Below are positions 52,701 through 64,000 of a stretch of 64,000 nt of DNA, in pieces. The DNA is taken from assembly GCF_022045235.1 (NCBI RefSeq), contig NW_027266297.1, forward strand, positions 45,570,001 through 45,634,000, in the 5' to 3' direction. The DNA comes from Haliotis cracherodii. Its lineage: Eukaryota. Every line of letters starts with the position of its first letter. The stretch's first letter is position 1. The notes beneath the pieces were generated by a model. It saw nothing but the letters and a program-made list of their open reading frames with translations. It was not told the origin of the DNA and did no database searches. Both the position numbers and the translations under genes were made by a program.

Positions 52701-55700
52701 TTGAAGGCTGAGGGAAGGTCTGTAGCCATCTCCATAGCAAGGATTTCCACAGCCTGTTCCTGCAAGTTGTTGTTCCTCACAAACTCCTCACTGGCTAACA
52801 CTGCAGCAGCTGACCCGTCAGACGTGGGACTACAACATAACACTCAACATTTCAACAACATACACTAGAGATAAAAACTCTTCACTGGCTAACACTGCAG
52901 CAGCATCGGACGTGGGACTACAGCAGAACACTCAACATTTCAACAACATACACTAGAGATAAAAACTCTTCACTGGCTAACACTGCAGCAGCCGACACAT
53001 CAGACATGGGACTACAGCAGAACACTCAACATTTCAACAACATACACAACAGATAAAAACTCTTCACTGGCTAACACTGCAGCAGCATCGGACGTGGGAC
53101 TACAGCAGAACACTCAACATTTCAACAACATACACTACAGATAAAAACTCTTCACTGGCTAACACTGCAGCAGCATCGGACGTGGGACTACAGCAGAACA
53201 CTCAACATTTCAACAACATACACAACAGATAAAAACTCTTCACTGGCTAACACTGCAGCAGCCGACACATCAGACATGGGACTACAGCAGAACACTCAAC
53301 ATTTCAACAACATACACAACAGATAAAAACTCTTCACTGGCTAACACTGCAGCAGCATCGGACTTGGGACTACAGCAGAACACTCAACATTTCAACAACA
53401 TACACTACAGATAAAAACTCTTCACTGGCTAACACTGCAACAGCCGACCCATCAGACGTGGGTCTACAGCAGAACACTGACAGTTTATACAGTTTATACT
53501 GTGTTTATACTGCACATGTAAGATACATCTACATGAAAAAAACTTTCAAACTCAGCCTACTGAAACAGAAGCAACCACTTTCTCTAACTCTGACTTATTA
53601 CACGTTAGGGTAATCTGGTGATTACAAGGTCCACCCAGGCACAAGCTGATTCAAACCATCTTGACCGACACAAACTTTGACTTACTTACAAACTTTCACC
53701 TGCACTTAGACCTGATCCATCTGAGTATGTCAGGAAACAGTAGTTTACCGAAAAGCTTTGGACTAATTCAACATAAAATCAATACTAGCACTTACCAACA
53801 CTGTAGCTTGGTAAGAGGGTCGTGTATTTTGGGTGAAGACAGAATCTGTTCCAGAGAGTACTCAGTTTGGAACTGTGAGTACCTGCAAGCAAAATCATTG
53901 ATACTCCAAGCTCCAATCAGCAACCATGGTAGGCTACCAACATTTTGTCAAACATACTACATGCAGCATGGGAAAATTTGTTGGTCTCATTTTACCAAAA
54001 TTGATAATTTTACATTAAATTTGATATTTAACCCTAATCCTGTCTCACATATAACATTATATCTCATTTCTTGAACAAAAAGTGCAAACACAGTTTGCAA
54101 ACGCTTCAGTTTGCAGAAACTCTTAACATCTACCCCTGAACGCAACCCGTCCGTGATACACATGACCTGCCACAAAATCTTTGTTCTTGTCTTCTGAAGC
54201 TGGAGTACAGTCTAGATGAGTCGATCCTGAGTGGGGTTGGATGAGCGGGCAGATTATCCCATGAGATGGGATAAGTATCAAATTTAATGCAAAAATATTT
54301 TTGTTATCCTGTCTTACATATAGCATAGGAAGGTCAAGATGGAGGGAGATTAATTCGACCACTAAGAGTTGACGCAATCACTCAGACCTCTCGTGTGCCA
54401 CACACAAATCCAATGTCAAGTAACCGATGGCACCCCTCACCAAATGACTATAATAATGAGAGTAACCATGTACATAACAAGAAAACAGCGTTATCACTAT
54501 CCCTCGCCTTGGGGCACTTTAGAATTTTGTTTGTTCATATAGTAGTGAATAACATGGAAGTTAATGTTAACAATAAAAAAGGGGTCCTATAAAGCCTTTA
54601 GAAGAGATAGGCGCTTGGGTCACTTTATGGCATCAGTAAAAATGATTAAATGTGAAATTTATACACACAAAAAACCCTGTCCCTGGAAAAAAATAATTAA
54701 TGGCACCAATTCCCAATCACAGTCTTGATAAGTATCTCTTAGATAAGCTTGCAAAGTTTCCTTCATGTAACTTCAGCAGTTTCTGGGGGGATAATAGTAA
54801 CGTCTGATTGACAATCAAGACTTTTAACACAGATTCTTCAAGTACAGGTGTAACGTTCGGGGAGGAAAGTTCATCTGAATCACTTGGTGTGCAAGTACCA
54901 TGGGGCTGAACTGGTGAAGGCCAGCAACACCTTAGATGCAGACAAAGGCAGCAACTTGCGACAAAGCATCCCTCCATGATGCTAGAGAGGGAGAAATTAC
55001 AATGAAGAGTCTGTGTAGAGGTGAGTGGATTGTTGGTACTGGCATGTAGTAAATCCCTAAATCCTCCAAAAGGCAAATGTTGTGTTTGAGACCTCTGTTC
55101 ATATAGTTGGTGATGGCAGAACATACAGACATTTCTGACTCCGACTTAGCTGTTCAGTAGTTCCGGTGAACTAGAATGTCCTCTGGTAAGTGTAGCCATG
55201 TCAGATGACTGCTGTAATCAGCAATGTCACTGGCCAGGTGATTAGCCATGAAACAGAGCTGTTGGATACACCATCCTGTTCACGACGATCATCACCTTGT
55301 TTTATCTGGAAACGCCTTTCTTAAGACGTTGAAAATATACAACAAACTCCTCTTCTGAGAAAAACTGACAATAAGAACGATTGCCATTGGAACAATTGAT
55401 GGGCTTCAAACTAGGACACATCTGGTGAGGATCAGTCCTTGATGTGTTCATACGAATGAAGCAGAAACTACCATCCATTGTAGAAATCTCGTAGAGAAGA
55501 ATAAGAAGCAAACAGCAAAACAATCAAGCTGTCTGCCAATATATATCAGAACAAGTTCCCATGTGTGTTCTACAAGGTGAAACAGGCAAGAATGAAGGCT
55601 TGGGGGCAGGCCATGTGTGTTATTGATGGGCTGTGTTTGGAAGAGGTGTTTCAAGTTTCTGCAAACAGATGTGTTTGTGAGCAGTGTTTCCACTTTGTGT

Positions 55701-58700
55701 TTGAAAAATGAGACTACATGCTACAGACGGGATTAAGCAAACATACTGATGAACGTGACACATTTTTCATGTACTTACGGATTATTTGTGGAATGTTTGT
55801 GGTTCTTGTATGCAATCTTTGCAAAATGTTCTGGTTTTGTTCCTGTAAATAATATCAATGTTCCAGATCAGTAAACAAACAAGTACCTGAAGCTCACCTC
55901 TGTAAACAGACGTTTCTCAAATATGATACAAATTAGTTAAAATTTAATCATCTTATGGTATTGTGGTCAACACCTGATCATTTTCCAAATGTATTTAGTT
56001 GCTCTGTATGCAGTACATCCAGTATGACATTTCAGGAATTAATTCCTCTTTCATGTAACTTCATATGCCTACCATATTTCTGCATATGTTCTCGCCCAGC
56101 ATTTCCAAACATTTGAGCAGAGACTGGACTTGCCTCCAGGCCGAATGTGTTCATCATAACCTCCACGTGCTTGTCTACTGGGTTGGTGCGGTCTGAATAC
56201 TGAAAACACACAAACATGTGGCATTCATTATACTCCTCTTACTACTTATGATCAAGTCTGAGACATACTACCGACAAAAAATAAGGGAACGAATGATCTG
56301 AATGTAACTATCCTTCAGCTGTACATTTACAATACTGCGGTGTTGCGTCTGAACGCAACATCTAATGACAATGCAATGAAATTTCACACAATGTATTAAG
56401 GGCATGAAGTGCACACACACACAGAAGACAAAGTGTGTGAGCCCTGTATGCAATTTATGCAAAATGTTCTGGTTTTGTCAAATGAGTACCATCAAGGGGG
56501 TTGGATTGCAATGAGTACCATAAAGGGGGTTGGATTGCAATGAGTACCATCAAGAGGGTGGGGTCGCCGCAATAGGTACCGTCAAGGGGGTGGGGTCGCA
56601 ATAAGTACCGTCAAGGGGCTGGGTCGCCTCAATAAGTACCGTCAAGGGGGTAGGGTCGACGCAATAAGTACTGCAAGGGGGTGGGGTCGCCGCAATAAGT
56701 ACCGTCAAGGAGGTGGGGTCGCAATAAGTACCGTCAAGGGGGTGGGGTTACAATGAGTACCGTCAAGGGGGTGGGGTCGCCATAAGCACTGTCAAGGGGG
56801 TGGGGTCGCAATAAGTACTGCAAGGGGGTGGCGTTGCCGCAATATGTACCGTCAAGGAGGTGGGGTCGCAACAAGTACCGTCCAGGGGGTGGGGTTGCAA
56901 TGAGTACCATCAAGGGGGTGGGGTTGCAATGAGTACCGTCAAGACGGTGGGGTTGCAATAAGTACCGTCAAGGGGGTGGGGTTGCAATTAGTACCGTCAA
57001 GGGGGTGGGGTTGCAATAAGTACGGTCAAGGGGTAGGGGTTGCAATGAGTACAGTCAGGGGGGTGGGATCGCAATAAGTACTGTCAAGGGGGTGGGGTTG
57101 CAATGAGTACCGTCAAGACGGTGGGGTTGCAATAAGTACCGTCAAGGGGGTGGGGTTGCAATTAGTACCGTCAAGGGGGTGGGGTTGCAATAAGTACCGT
57201 CAAGGGGTAGGGGTTGCAATGAGTACTGTCAAGGGGGTGGGGTTGCAATAAGTACCGTCAAGGGGTTGGGGTTGCAATGAGTACCGTCAAGGGGGTGGGG
57301 TTGCAATGAGTACTGTCAAGGGGTAGGGGTTGCAATGAGTACTGTCAAGGGGTAGGGGTTGCAATAAGTACTGTTAAACCAGTGGGGTTGCAATACGTAC
57401 TGTCAAGGGGGTAGGGTTGCAATAAGTACTGTTAAACCAGTGGGGTTGCAAAGAGACCTTGGCATAAAACACAACACCTAGACAAGATTGTCTCATTACA
57501 TTAATTGCACTATGCAATAGATTTAAATCTGCTCCTGTTATTATAAGAGAATTCTGTACAATAACAAGAAGACACATTTGAACCTCTACCGTTAGAGACC
57601 AGCTCTGTGCAGCCTGCCTAAAAGCAACACGTCCTGTGAAGAATGTGACCCTAACAACTTACCATAGGCAATAAAGATTGGGGTGGCATTTACATCTACC
57701 ATGTAATGTGATAACTTATATGATACAATAACTATGAACACAAAGCTAAGTACCCTTTAAATTGAATAAAAATATCATTAAGAAAAAAAAAGTGTTGGGC
57801 TAGGTAACACCAGGGACGGACTGTATGCCAATGGCGTAACACAATGTTTACAGATAAATTAAGGTTTTGCCTCCAATCCGCGGATGGCAGAAAACGTTGG
57901 CAATGTACCAGGGCAACAATTCTTGACTATAATCGGTAGGACGACAGTAATGTCATGGTGTAGGGCAGTATCACATGACAGGCGTACTGATATGGTTATT
58001 GTGAATGGACATTTGACTGGCCAGCGATGTGTTGATGAGATTTTGCATCCTCTTATTCCATTCGCTAGAATTATCGGCAGAAATTTTGAACTGCAAGATG
58101 ACCAAGTCAGACCATATTTTTAGTGATCATCTCCACCAGAAGTCATACAGACATGGAGAGGCCCGCAAAGTATGCTGACATGTGCCAGTAAAGCATCTGT
58201 GAGATGTTCTAGGGCGGAGGGTACGCCAGAGACCCAGCACATGACGTGGTTCAGCTTGCGGTTACTCTTCAGGCAGAATGATGGGCAATACCAAGGGCAA
58301 CCATACACATGTTAATCCACAGTATCACAAAGTAGACACAATTATGGTAACAACTTCTTTATTTACTGTAATGTGACATTTTGGTATAAACCTTTTAATT
58401 AATCCACATGGTGAAAACACCAGATATTGATCTTCACACCCAAAATTAATTTTACTGACATTATCGTCATTACACCTTCACTATCATTTCATCAGTTCCC
58501 TTATTTGTTGTTGGTAGTATATCTGCTCTTTTCCAGACCAAGTCCATTTACAAACCTTGACATAATTGTCAGGGGGCAACAAATCATCTTCCTGAAATGA
58601 TGTATTAATAAGCTCATAGATTTTGACATTGATCTCCATTGATTAGTCTTGAAACTAGAATCAGTTACCATATTTGCAATAAACAAGTTACATATTCGAA

Positions 58701-61700
58701 CTACATACGTCCAGTGGCAAGTGATGAGAGCAAAATCAGTCAACAATACCATTGTTCACACTTCAGTGAAATAGGGTCCTACCGAACACTGCACATAATG
58801 TCATTTGGTTATTCTTTCCTCCTCACAAATGTAACATTGTTGGAAAGATTGTTTTCTGAAGTCTTTTCACTTGATGCAAAACAGCCTCTGTCCAACATGA
58901 TCACATGTACACTGTGGATGTGCACCAAAAGAGTTTGTTTTTGGATGTATAGAGAGGTGACTGTACTTTGTTTCAGAAACAAGTGACTATACTATGTTAA
59001 CATGTGAGGTGAGGTGAGGTGAAATGGGGTTTAACGTCGCATCCAAGTATATTGCACTAATATAGCGACATACGTGCGTCTGCTTGTACTAGTCCGGACT
59101 AATGCCGATTTTATAGTGATAGCACACTCAGACTCCAAGCCAACCAGTCTTTGTTTTGGCCCCTTAATGCCAAGTGTAAGGCAGGGTAACAACAAGTACC
59201 ATCTTTTAACATCCTTTGGTATGACGCTGCCAGGGATCAGGGATCGAACCCCGGACATTCCACTTTCAGGGCAGACTCTACCACTAGACCATGGAGGCAG
59301 TCTCTTTTATTTATTTTTTTCAGCGATATAGAGTGACAATAGTTTGTTCCAGAGATATAGAGGAGTGACTATACTTACTTTGTTTTTCAGAGATCCCTTC
59401 TCCATCTTTTCAAAGCCCAGAGCAAGAACACAATCAGCAAGACCTGCAATGACACCACCATACTTCCAGCCATCTATACTATACGTAGCAGTGCTTCAAA
59501 AGGTGCTGGGTTGCAAGGTTACCATACAGAAACAATCACACAGTGAGCGCCTGTACTTGGAAGTGTTTAGCTGATGCACCTGAGGTGGTTCTCCATCTGC
59601 ATGATGCCACTATTTCTAAGATGATAGTCTATGTCGAGGAGGCATGTCTTAGATGCACATCTTTCACATCAAATCAACACAAAATGTTTTCTCCTAATAC
59701 ATTGTTGCTCAAGTTGTAACTTCCATTAAGCAAGTTAACTATAGTGACATTACCTCCTTCAATGAGCTGCTTGGCCATGAAGATGGCAGTGGAGCCAGTG
59801 GAGCAGTTGTTGTTCACCTGTAGTGGGAGTCATCAGACAGGCATAAAACTTGGCACTGATATGTCATGGACATACATCTCTGTGTTCTACATATACACAC
59901 ATATTTGCTTAACAATTTCTACTAGTAAATAATAAAAGAGACAACTAGGATACTTGCAACATCATGTACCAAAATAAAAATAACCATCTAACAACTTATT
60001 ATTCATTTCTTATCCATAACTTTGATTGGATAGTTGTGTCAAATGAATTTGTAGACATGTTAAACAACTACTGATAGATTCAATGGTCCAGCAATAAACT
60101 AAGTTGACAATAGGTTATCAGTTAATACCAAAGGTACCTGGTAAGAAAAAATGTCCCAGGTAACTACTAGTAACCACTGGTAACCACTGGTAGCCATACT
60201 CATATATACTGGTGAATTTGGTAGGAAAAAACATGTCAGAATCAAGCAAAAATAAATGGTGTTTCATTATTTCTCTTGTATGATAAAAGTTATTAGTAAT
60301 GTACTGTGGAATTTGTGTTGTTTTGTAGTCTTGCACTTTGGAAACCAAATCACTACAAAACATAACATCTGGTGCTGTTTGTCTATGAAACTTGTAACAA
60401 GTAAGAACGGAGACTTGAAAACCCATACTAAAATACTGGTTAAAATCTTGCACACCAGAGAAACATTTTGGCTATCAATGGCTACCAATAGTCTGTTAAA
60501 GAATACCTGCCAACCACTGGTTACTTCTGTTAAGACTTGTGGTGACCAGTGATAGCAATTAGTGCCAATTGCTTCTGGTACCCATGGTAGTAACTGAATG
60601 TCATACGTAATGCAATATTTCACCAAGTACGGAAAGTCTAGCTGTTAATCATCATGGTCATAATCATGCATGTACATCAAAATTATCACTACATTTCTAA
60701 AGCAGTTGCTGAGATGTTGCTTTTTTCAGACAGAGATTCCAGTGTTCTGGTGTCAGCATCTTGTCTGATTTCTCAAAGGTTCCAAAGCACCTTATAGCTA
60801 CGGATTGTCATGTCTGTGTGCTCTTGTCCCTGGATGATGGTGAACTGCAGGTGTACAGGGGAATGTTTGCTGAGTTTTCCAAGTAAGTCAGAGGCAGCTA
60901 ATTATAAGACATGTAAAATATGTGAAGCAACCTTAACTTGACTAGCTAAGGCACTCTTCCAAGAGAGAGGCACATGCATCATCCAGAAGACCAGAGATTT
61001 GAAGGATCATGCTTGACAGGGGCAGAGTGAGGCAAGGGACTAAGTTGTTCTCTTTGATGTTGAAGGTGATGAACTTTTTTCGAATGTGAAAAAGAGGAAC
61101 ACAAAGTATCTGCTACCCACATTCTGACCATGTATCTGTTGAAGGCACCTCTGGAAGGTGGCCTTTAAAAGTGGGTACCCAAGGGAGGTGCTTAGGTCAT
61201 TCCTTTCACATTTAGAATCAACCAGTAACTGGAAAACCTCTCATTACTGTGCTCAACTGAGGTCATGAAGCAGCTGCCATGTGATGTTGAATCCCATCAA
61301 TACTGAAGGATGGGCTAGATCATGCTGGCTCCCCATGACAAGATCTTAAGGCCCCTGCATAACTATGTGAGAGTTGTAGTAAGAGGGTACTTCTGAGTAC
61401 TCACGTTGTACACTGGAATACCAGTCATGCCCATTTGGTACACAGCTCTCTGCCCACATGCTGAGTCACCTGCAAACAGATACACCAGGCATGTCACACA
61501 TCAACATCAGATACGATACACAACAAACAATCTAACCCAGCCAATTTATCTCAGTCTGAATATCCAAGACACATCTTATGTCATCAACAGGTTCTGCTTC
61601 GCTGGCCTACCAGGAAACAAAGGTCTGCTAGTGAGATCTGCTTTCCTTGACCACCGGTAGAAGGAGGTCAGACAGTGAGATAAGGTACTTGCCCACCGGT

Positions 61701-63537
61701 AGAAGGAGGTCTGACAGTGAGATCAGGTACTTGCCCACCGGTAGAAGGAGGTCAGACAGTGAGATAAGGGACTTGCCCACCGGTAGAAGGAGGTCTGACA
61801 GTGAGATCAGGTACTTGCCCACCAGTAGAAGGAGGTCAGACAGTGAGATAAGGTACTTGGCCACCGGTAGGAGGAGGTCTGACAGTGAGATCAGGTACTT
61901 GTCCACCGGTAGGAGGAGGTCTGACAGTGAGATAAGGTACTTGCCCACCGGTAGAAGGAGGTCTGACAGTGAGATAAGGTACTTGGCCACTGGTAGGAGG
62001 AGGTCTGACAGTGAGATCAGGTACTTGCCCACCGGTAGAAGGAGGTCAGACTGTGAGATAAGGTACTTGGCCACCGGTTGAAGGAGGTCTGACAGTGAGA
62101 TCAGGTATTTGGCCAGAAATGTCAGTCTAATTACCCTCCTGGAATTGTTTAATTTGCATGGATGAAAAGTGCTTTGTATTTGTACCTACCATAAACATAG
62201 CCAACACATGCCTGCTCAATCTTGTCATAGGAAATCCCTGCGTCTTGAAGAGCCTTGGTACCTGAAGTATCAATTAGAAAGGTCAGGTGTAGTAATAGTA
62301 GAACCCTCTGCCAAGTTCAGGGAGCACTGCAGTGCTTGTACCCTTTGTTTACATGATGTGAAACAGCTCCAGTTTTATGTGCATAAAGAGCTCCATGTCA
62401 GGGATAGAAATTTATTCTGGCCTGTCGGCCCAAGGGAAGTAGAAATTATTTCTGGCTAATAAAATAATTCTATTAGCCCATAGACTGCAAGTTTTTTGAC
62501 ACATTCTGTAAATTATCTATCATCTTCTGAATTCCCTGCAAATTGCTGTGCTAGAAACTTGGCACAACATTTCCAGTCTTTCTTTCTGACGAATAATGTA
62601 CACAATTTCCAATTTAACTCTATCCACATATTCTGACTGATTCCTTACATTTTGATGTAGTTATGGAACTTGCAAATTATAGCCTTCTCATACAACATAA
62701 TCATCACTACTAAAACATCACACACATATTTTCACAGGCAGTGAACCCAGTATCAGGTCTCCTGTGAAATCCATTGGTGAGAGACGTGATATTAGGGTTA
62801 CTTTGTGGGACCACCCTGGCATATGACTCTATATGGGAGGGTAATAAGGATGTCATACATTGGGAGGAAGTTGGTGATAAATGTTATAAATGCATGGTAT
62901 GTTTGAGGTATCAGACTTATTATGTAATGGAAACCAAATGATATTTCTAGTATCACCTTGAAATGAACACAACTGTTCACTGTTGTTATCAATTGAATAT
63001 CTTGTCTGGGGTATTTCTATCCTGCAAACATTTGCAATGCATAGTCACCTGAAGGCTAATAGAAAGACAAGCTTTTTAACGGATGTTCATACACATGTCA
63101 CAGTTCGACTGTATTCGGGATAGTAAATTAATGTTTCAGTTTAAACTGTCTGTGCCAAAAACTATTGAGTCTACAAGCCCGAACATCATTTTTACTAGAT
63201 TTTAGTGTTATCATATGGACTACCAGCTGAGCTTACTAGACCAGATAGAAATTTACTATGCTCTGGTTTCAGAAGAGTGTCTAAAGTCGCAGACTGGTTA
63301 AGTTGCATCTTTAAAAAGCTTCTCTAAATGCAGGATGACTGCCAAAGAGGATCATAATGGAGTCCCGATTTGGCAGAAACAACAGCTCTTTCTGTCCAGC
63401 TAGAATTACATCATGTCATAAGCATACAGACAGATAGTGAAGTACCACTGCATTCATAATCTTTAATTTCTTCACTCACAAGATTCTTTCGCCATGTCAG
63501 GGTAGTCGAAATCCTCTCGGCGACCAGGCTTCTCAAA
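40672..63537 (-). CDS. SCP2: Sterol carrier protein X (peroxisomal 3-oxoacyl-CoA thiolase plus SCP2 domain); 17 exons in window, first exon outside
   Basis: 17 exons join in frame (1554 nt, 517 aa plus stop); motifs [74 protein letters not shown], terminal KANL. Confidence 0.97.
41195..41271 (-). CDS. SCP2: SCP2 exon ([25 protein letters not shown])
   Basis: 77 nt, phase 1-0. Confidence 0.94.
41377..41506 (-). CDS. SCP2: SCP2 exon ([18 protein letters not shown]...[12 protein letters not shown])
   Basis: 130 nt, phase 0-1. Confidence 0.94.
41553..41828 (-). mobile_element. SINE-like element with structured non-tRNA 5' head; partial copy at ~41955-42065, degenerate copy at ~30820-31320
   Basis: 5' GACCCGTGAAGATCCGGG...GTCGTGAGAGGCGACTAACGGG, body tctggtccagac, 3' gctggaatattgccgagtgcagcgttaa plus (ca)n tail. 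Confidence 0.8.
42255..44840 (-). mobile_element. DIRS-like tyrosine-recombinase retroelement remnant
   Basis: Inverted termini (tatcctgcattactcc..aatgcattta...ttccaactggttgtgtggctaatcc), internal terminal copy at ~42527; YR-like translation [54 protein letters not shown]. Confidence 0.72.
42839..43327. mobile_element. Mutator-like MITE, copy 2 (inverted relative to copy 1), nested in the DIRS-like element
   Basis: Same TIRs and internal sequence as 31378-31882; 9-bp TSD ggctggcta. Confidence 0.9.
45417..45510 (-). CDS. SCP2: SCP2 exon (SSISAVGAS...[10 protein letters not shown])
   Basis: 94 nt, phase 2-0. Confidence 0.88.
46353..46496. other. Assembly gap (144 N) next to a ~169-bp tandem unit
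   Basis: N run; caaagttttgtaagaaagtatt...cctaagtccaact repeated at 46101 and 46270, so probably a collapsed satellite. Confidence 0.95.
46731..46884 (-). CDS. SCP2: SCP2 exon ([13 protein letters not shown]...YRMGFPEYR)
   Basis: 154 nt, AAG acceptor, phase 1-2. Confidence 0.94.
47950..48057 (-). CDS. SCP2: SCP2 exon ([10 protein letters not shown]...KGHPLGAT)
   Basis: 108 nt, phase 1-1. Confidence 0.96.
49790..50345 (-). mobile_element. Tc1 (DD34E) transposase remnant
   Basis: [47 protein letters not shown]. Confidence 0.88.
50350..51465. repeat. 24-bp minisatellite (~46 copies)
   Basis: Unit tgtgaggaatgg(ac|gt)tttgtacctg. Confidence 0.97.
51630..51725 (-). CDS. SCP2: SCP2 exon ([22 protein letters not shown])
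   Basis: 96 nt, phase 1-1. Confidence 0.95.
51866..51917 (-). CDS. SCP2: SCP2 exon ([17 protein letters not shown])
   Basis: 52 nt, phase 0-1. Confidence 0.9.
52679..52829 (-). CDS. SCP2: SCP2 exon ([16 protein letters not shown]...SCMKM)
   Basis: 151 nt, phase 2-0. Confidence 0.95.
52781..53479 (-). repeat. 88/94-bp tandem array of a duplicated SCP2 intron-exon junction (8 copies including the real one)
   Basis: Acceptor TAG (cta on +) at 52830, 52918, 53012, 53100, 53188, 53282, 53370, 53464, each followed by [14 protein letters not shown]-like codons. Confidence 0.96.
53796..53882 (-). CDS. SCP2: SCP2 exon ([12 protein letters not shown]...LTKLQC)
   Basis: 87 nt, phase 2-2. Confidence 0.94.
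55779..55842 (-). CDS. SCP2: SCP2 exon ([21 protein letters not shown])
   Basis: 64 nt, phase 1-2. Confidence 0.94.
56073..56199 (-). CDS. SCP2: SCP2 exon ([11 protein letters not shown]...HMQKY)
   Basis: 127 nt, phase 0-1. Confidence 0.95.
56480..57450. repeat. G-rich 29/32-bp minisatellite (~32 copies)
   Basis: Unit gtcaagggggtggggttgcaat(a/g)agtacc. Confidence 0.96.
57880..58340 (+). mobile_element. Degenerate Tc1-like transposase fragment
   Basis: [35 protein letters not shown]...[10 protein letters not shown]. Confidence 0.65.
59005..59300 (-). mobile_element. tRNA-derived SINE (third family)
   Basis: Minus-strand head tggtctagtggtagag...ggttcgatccc, central aaaagatggtacttgttg segment, (cacct)n tail. 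Confidence 0.75.
59379..59443 (-). CDS. SCP2: SCP2 exon ([21 protein letters not shown])
   Basis: 65 nt, phase 1-0. Confidence 0.93.
59754..59817 (-). CDS. SCP2: SCP2 exon ([21 protein letters not shown]; catalytic Cys)
   Basis: 64 nt, phase 0-1. Confidence 0.94.
61405..61469 (-). CDS. SCP2: SCP2 exon ([21 protein letters not shown])
   Basis: 65 nt, phase 1-0. Confidence 0.92.
61650..62113. repeat. 42-bp minisatellite (~11 copies)
   Basis: Unit ccaccggtagaaggaggtctgacagtgagatcaggtacttgc. Confidence 0.96.
62190..62261 (-). CDS. SCP2: SCP2 exon ([23 protein letters not shown])
   Basis: 72 nt, phase 1-1. Confidence 0.92.
63480..63537 (-). CDS. SCP2: SCP2 exon ([19 protein letters not shown])
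   Basis: cag|...|gtgagt, 58 nt. Confidence 0.9.
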
Positions 63538-64000
63538 CTGAAAATCATATTGGAAAATAAACTCATTGCAGAATATCTCTTCTATTTCTACTTATTTGTA
63601 AGAATAATAATTCTAAATATTAGTATAAATTGTATATTTATATATACTAATTTCACATTATGCATTTCTTCATCTTCACTCCAATTTGCAAAGATGCTTG
63701 TGTTGAACCATGTTTCCAGCTTCTAAAACAAACAACCTTCACCCGTACACACCCCAGCATCGCTATGGTTACTGATCAACAACTGGGTCAATTTCGTGCT
63801 GTCAAATACAGTGACCTTACATGACCTGATGACGTGTGTTTCTCTGCCAACTCATTCTCCTTTGTACAGCTATCAGGCTGGAGGAGAACTGAGATGTGGG
63901 GATGGTCAGGTGGGCATATTGCAATCTTCCTGAGGCAAGGGAGTTAACTGACAACATATGCAGATGTTACAAGATAACTTGGAGGTTCCACGGAGGCCGG

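Noticed and set aside
53455-53470. Selenocysteine recoding of the TGA formed at a Cys codon by the outermost duplicated acceptor
   Set aside because: Single substitution in one repeat copy; no SECIS recognised in the 3' UTR; a premature stop is the simpler reading
54700-55740. Coding-like minus-strand stretch in an SCP2 intron
   Set aside because: Many stops and frameshifts and no motif I can name; probably decayed transposon cargo
60640-63000. Faint LINE RT-like fragments in SCP2 introns
   Set aside because: Too degenerate to delimit or classify from sequence alone

Overview
Repeat-dense, AT-rich animal genomic DNA; the SINE and transposon repertoire looks molluscan, possibly gastropod (inference). 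Two spliced protein-coding genes were reconstructed by hand with consistent GT-AG sites and phases, and they lie tail-to-tail. (1) A 4-exon FAM151/menorin-family gene on + (29760-38651, 527 aa) has an N-terminal membrane anchor, both family histidines substituted, and an extra C-terminal domain. (2) SCP2/SCPx (peroxisomal thiolase plus sterol carrier) on - has 17 exons in the window (63537-40672); its first exon lies beyond the right edge and it ends in -KANL. A CpG-rich promoter and candidate first exon of a third, unidentified minus-strand gene sit near 18.1-18.55 kb. The rest is transposon debris: mariner, Tc1, Harbinger, hAT/Mutator MITEs, a DIRS-like element, several SINE families, a nested LINE > MULE > DD82E-like stack, a Penelope-type hammerhead remnant, more than 12 minisatellites and a 144-N gap. 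The most unusual structure is a tandem array in SCP2 that repeats a 3' splice site plus the start of a coding exon seven extra times. Six of these copies could be stop-free, frame-preserving 54/60-nt cassette exons; the outermost would create an immediate TGA.
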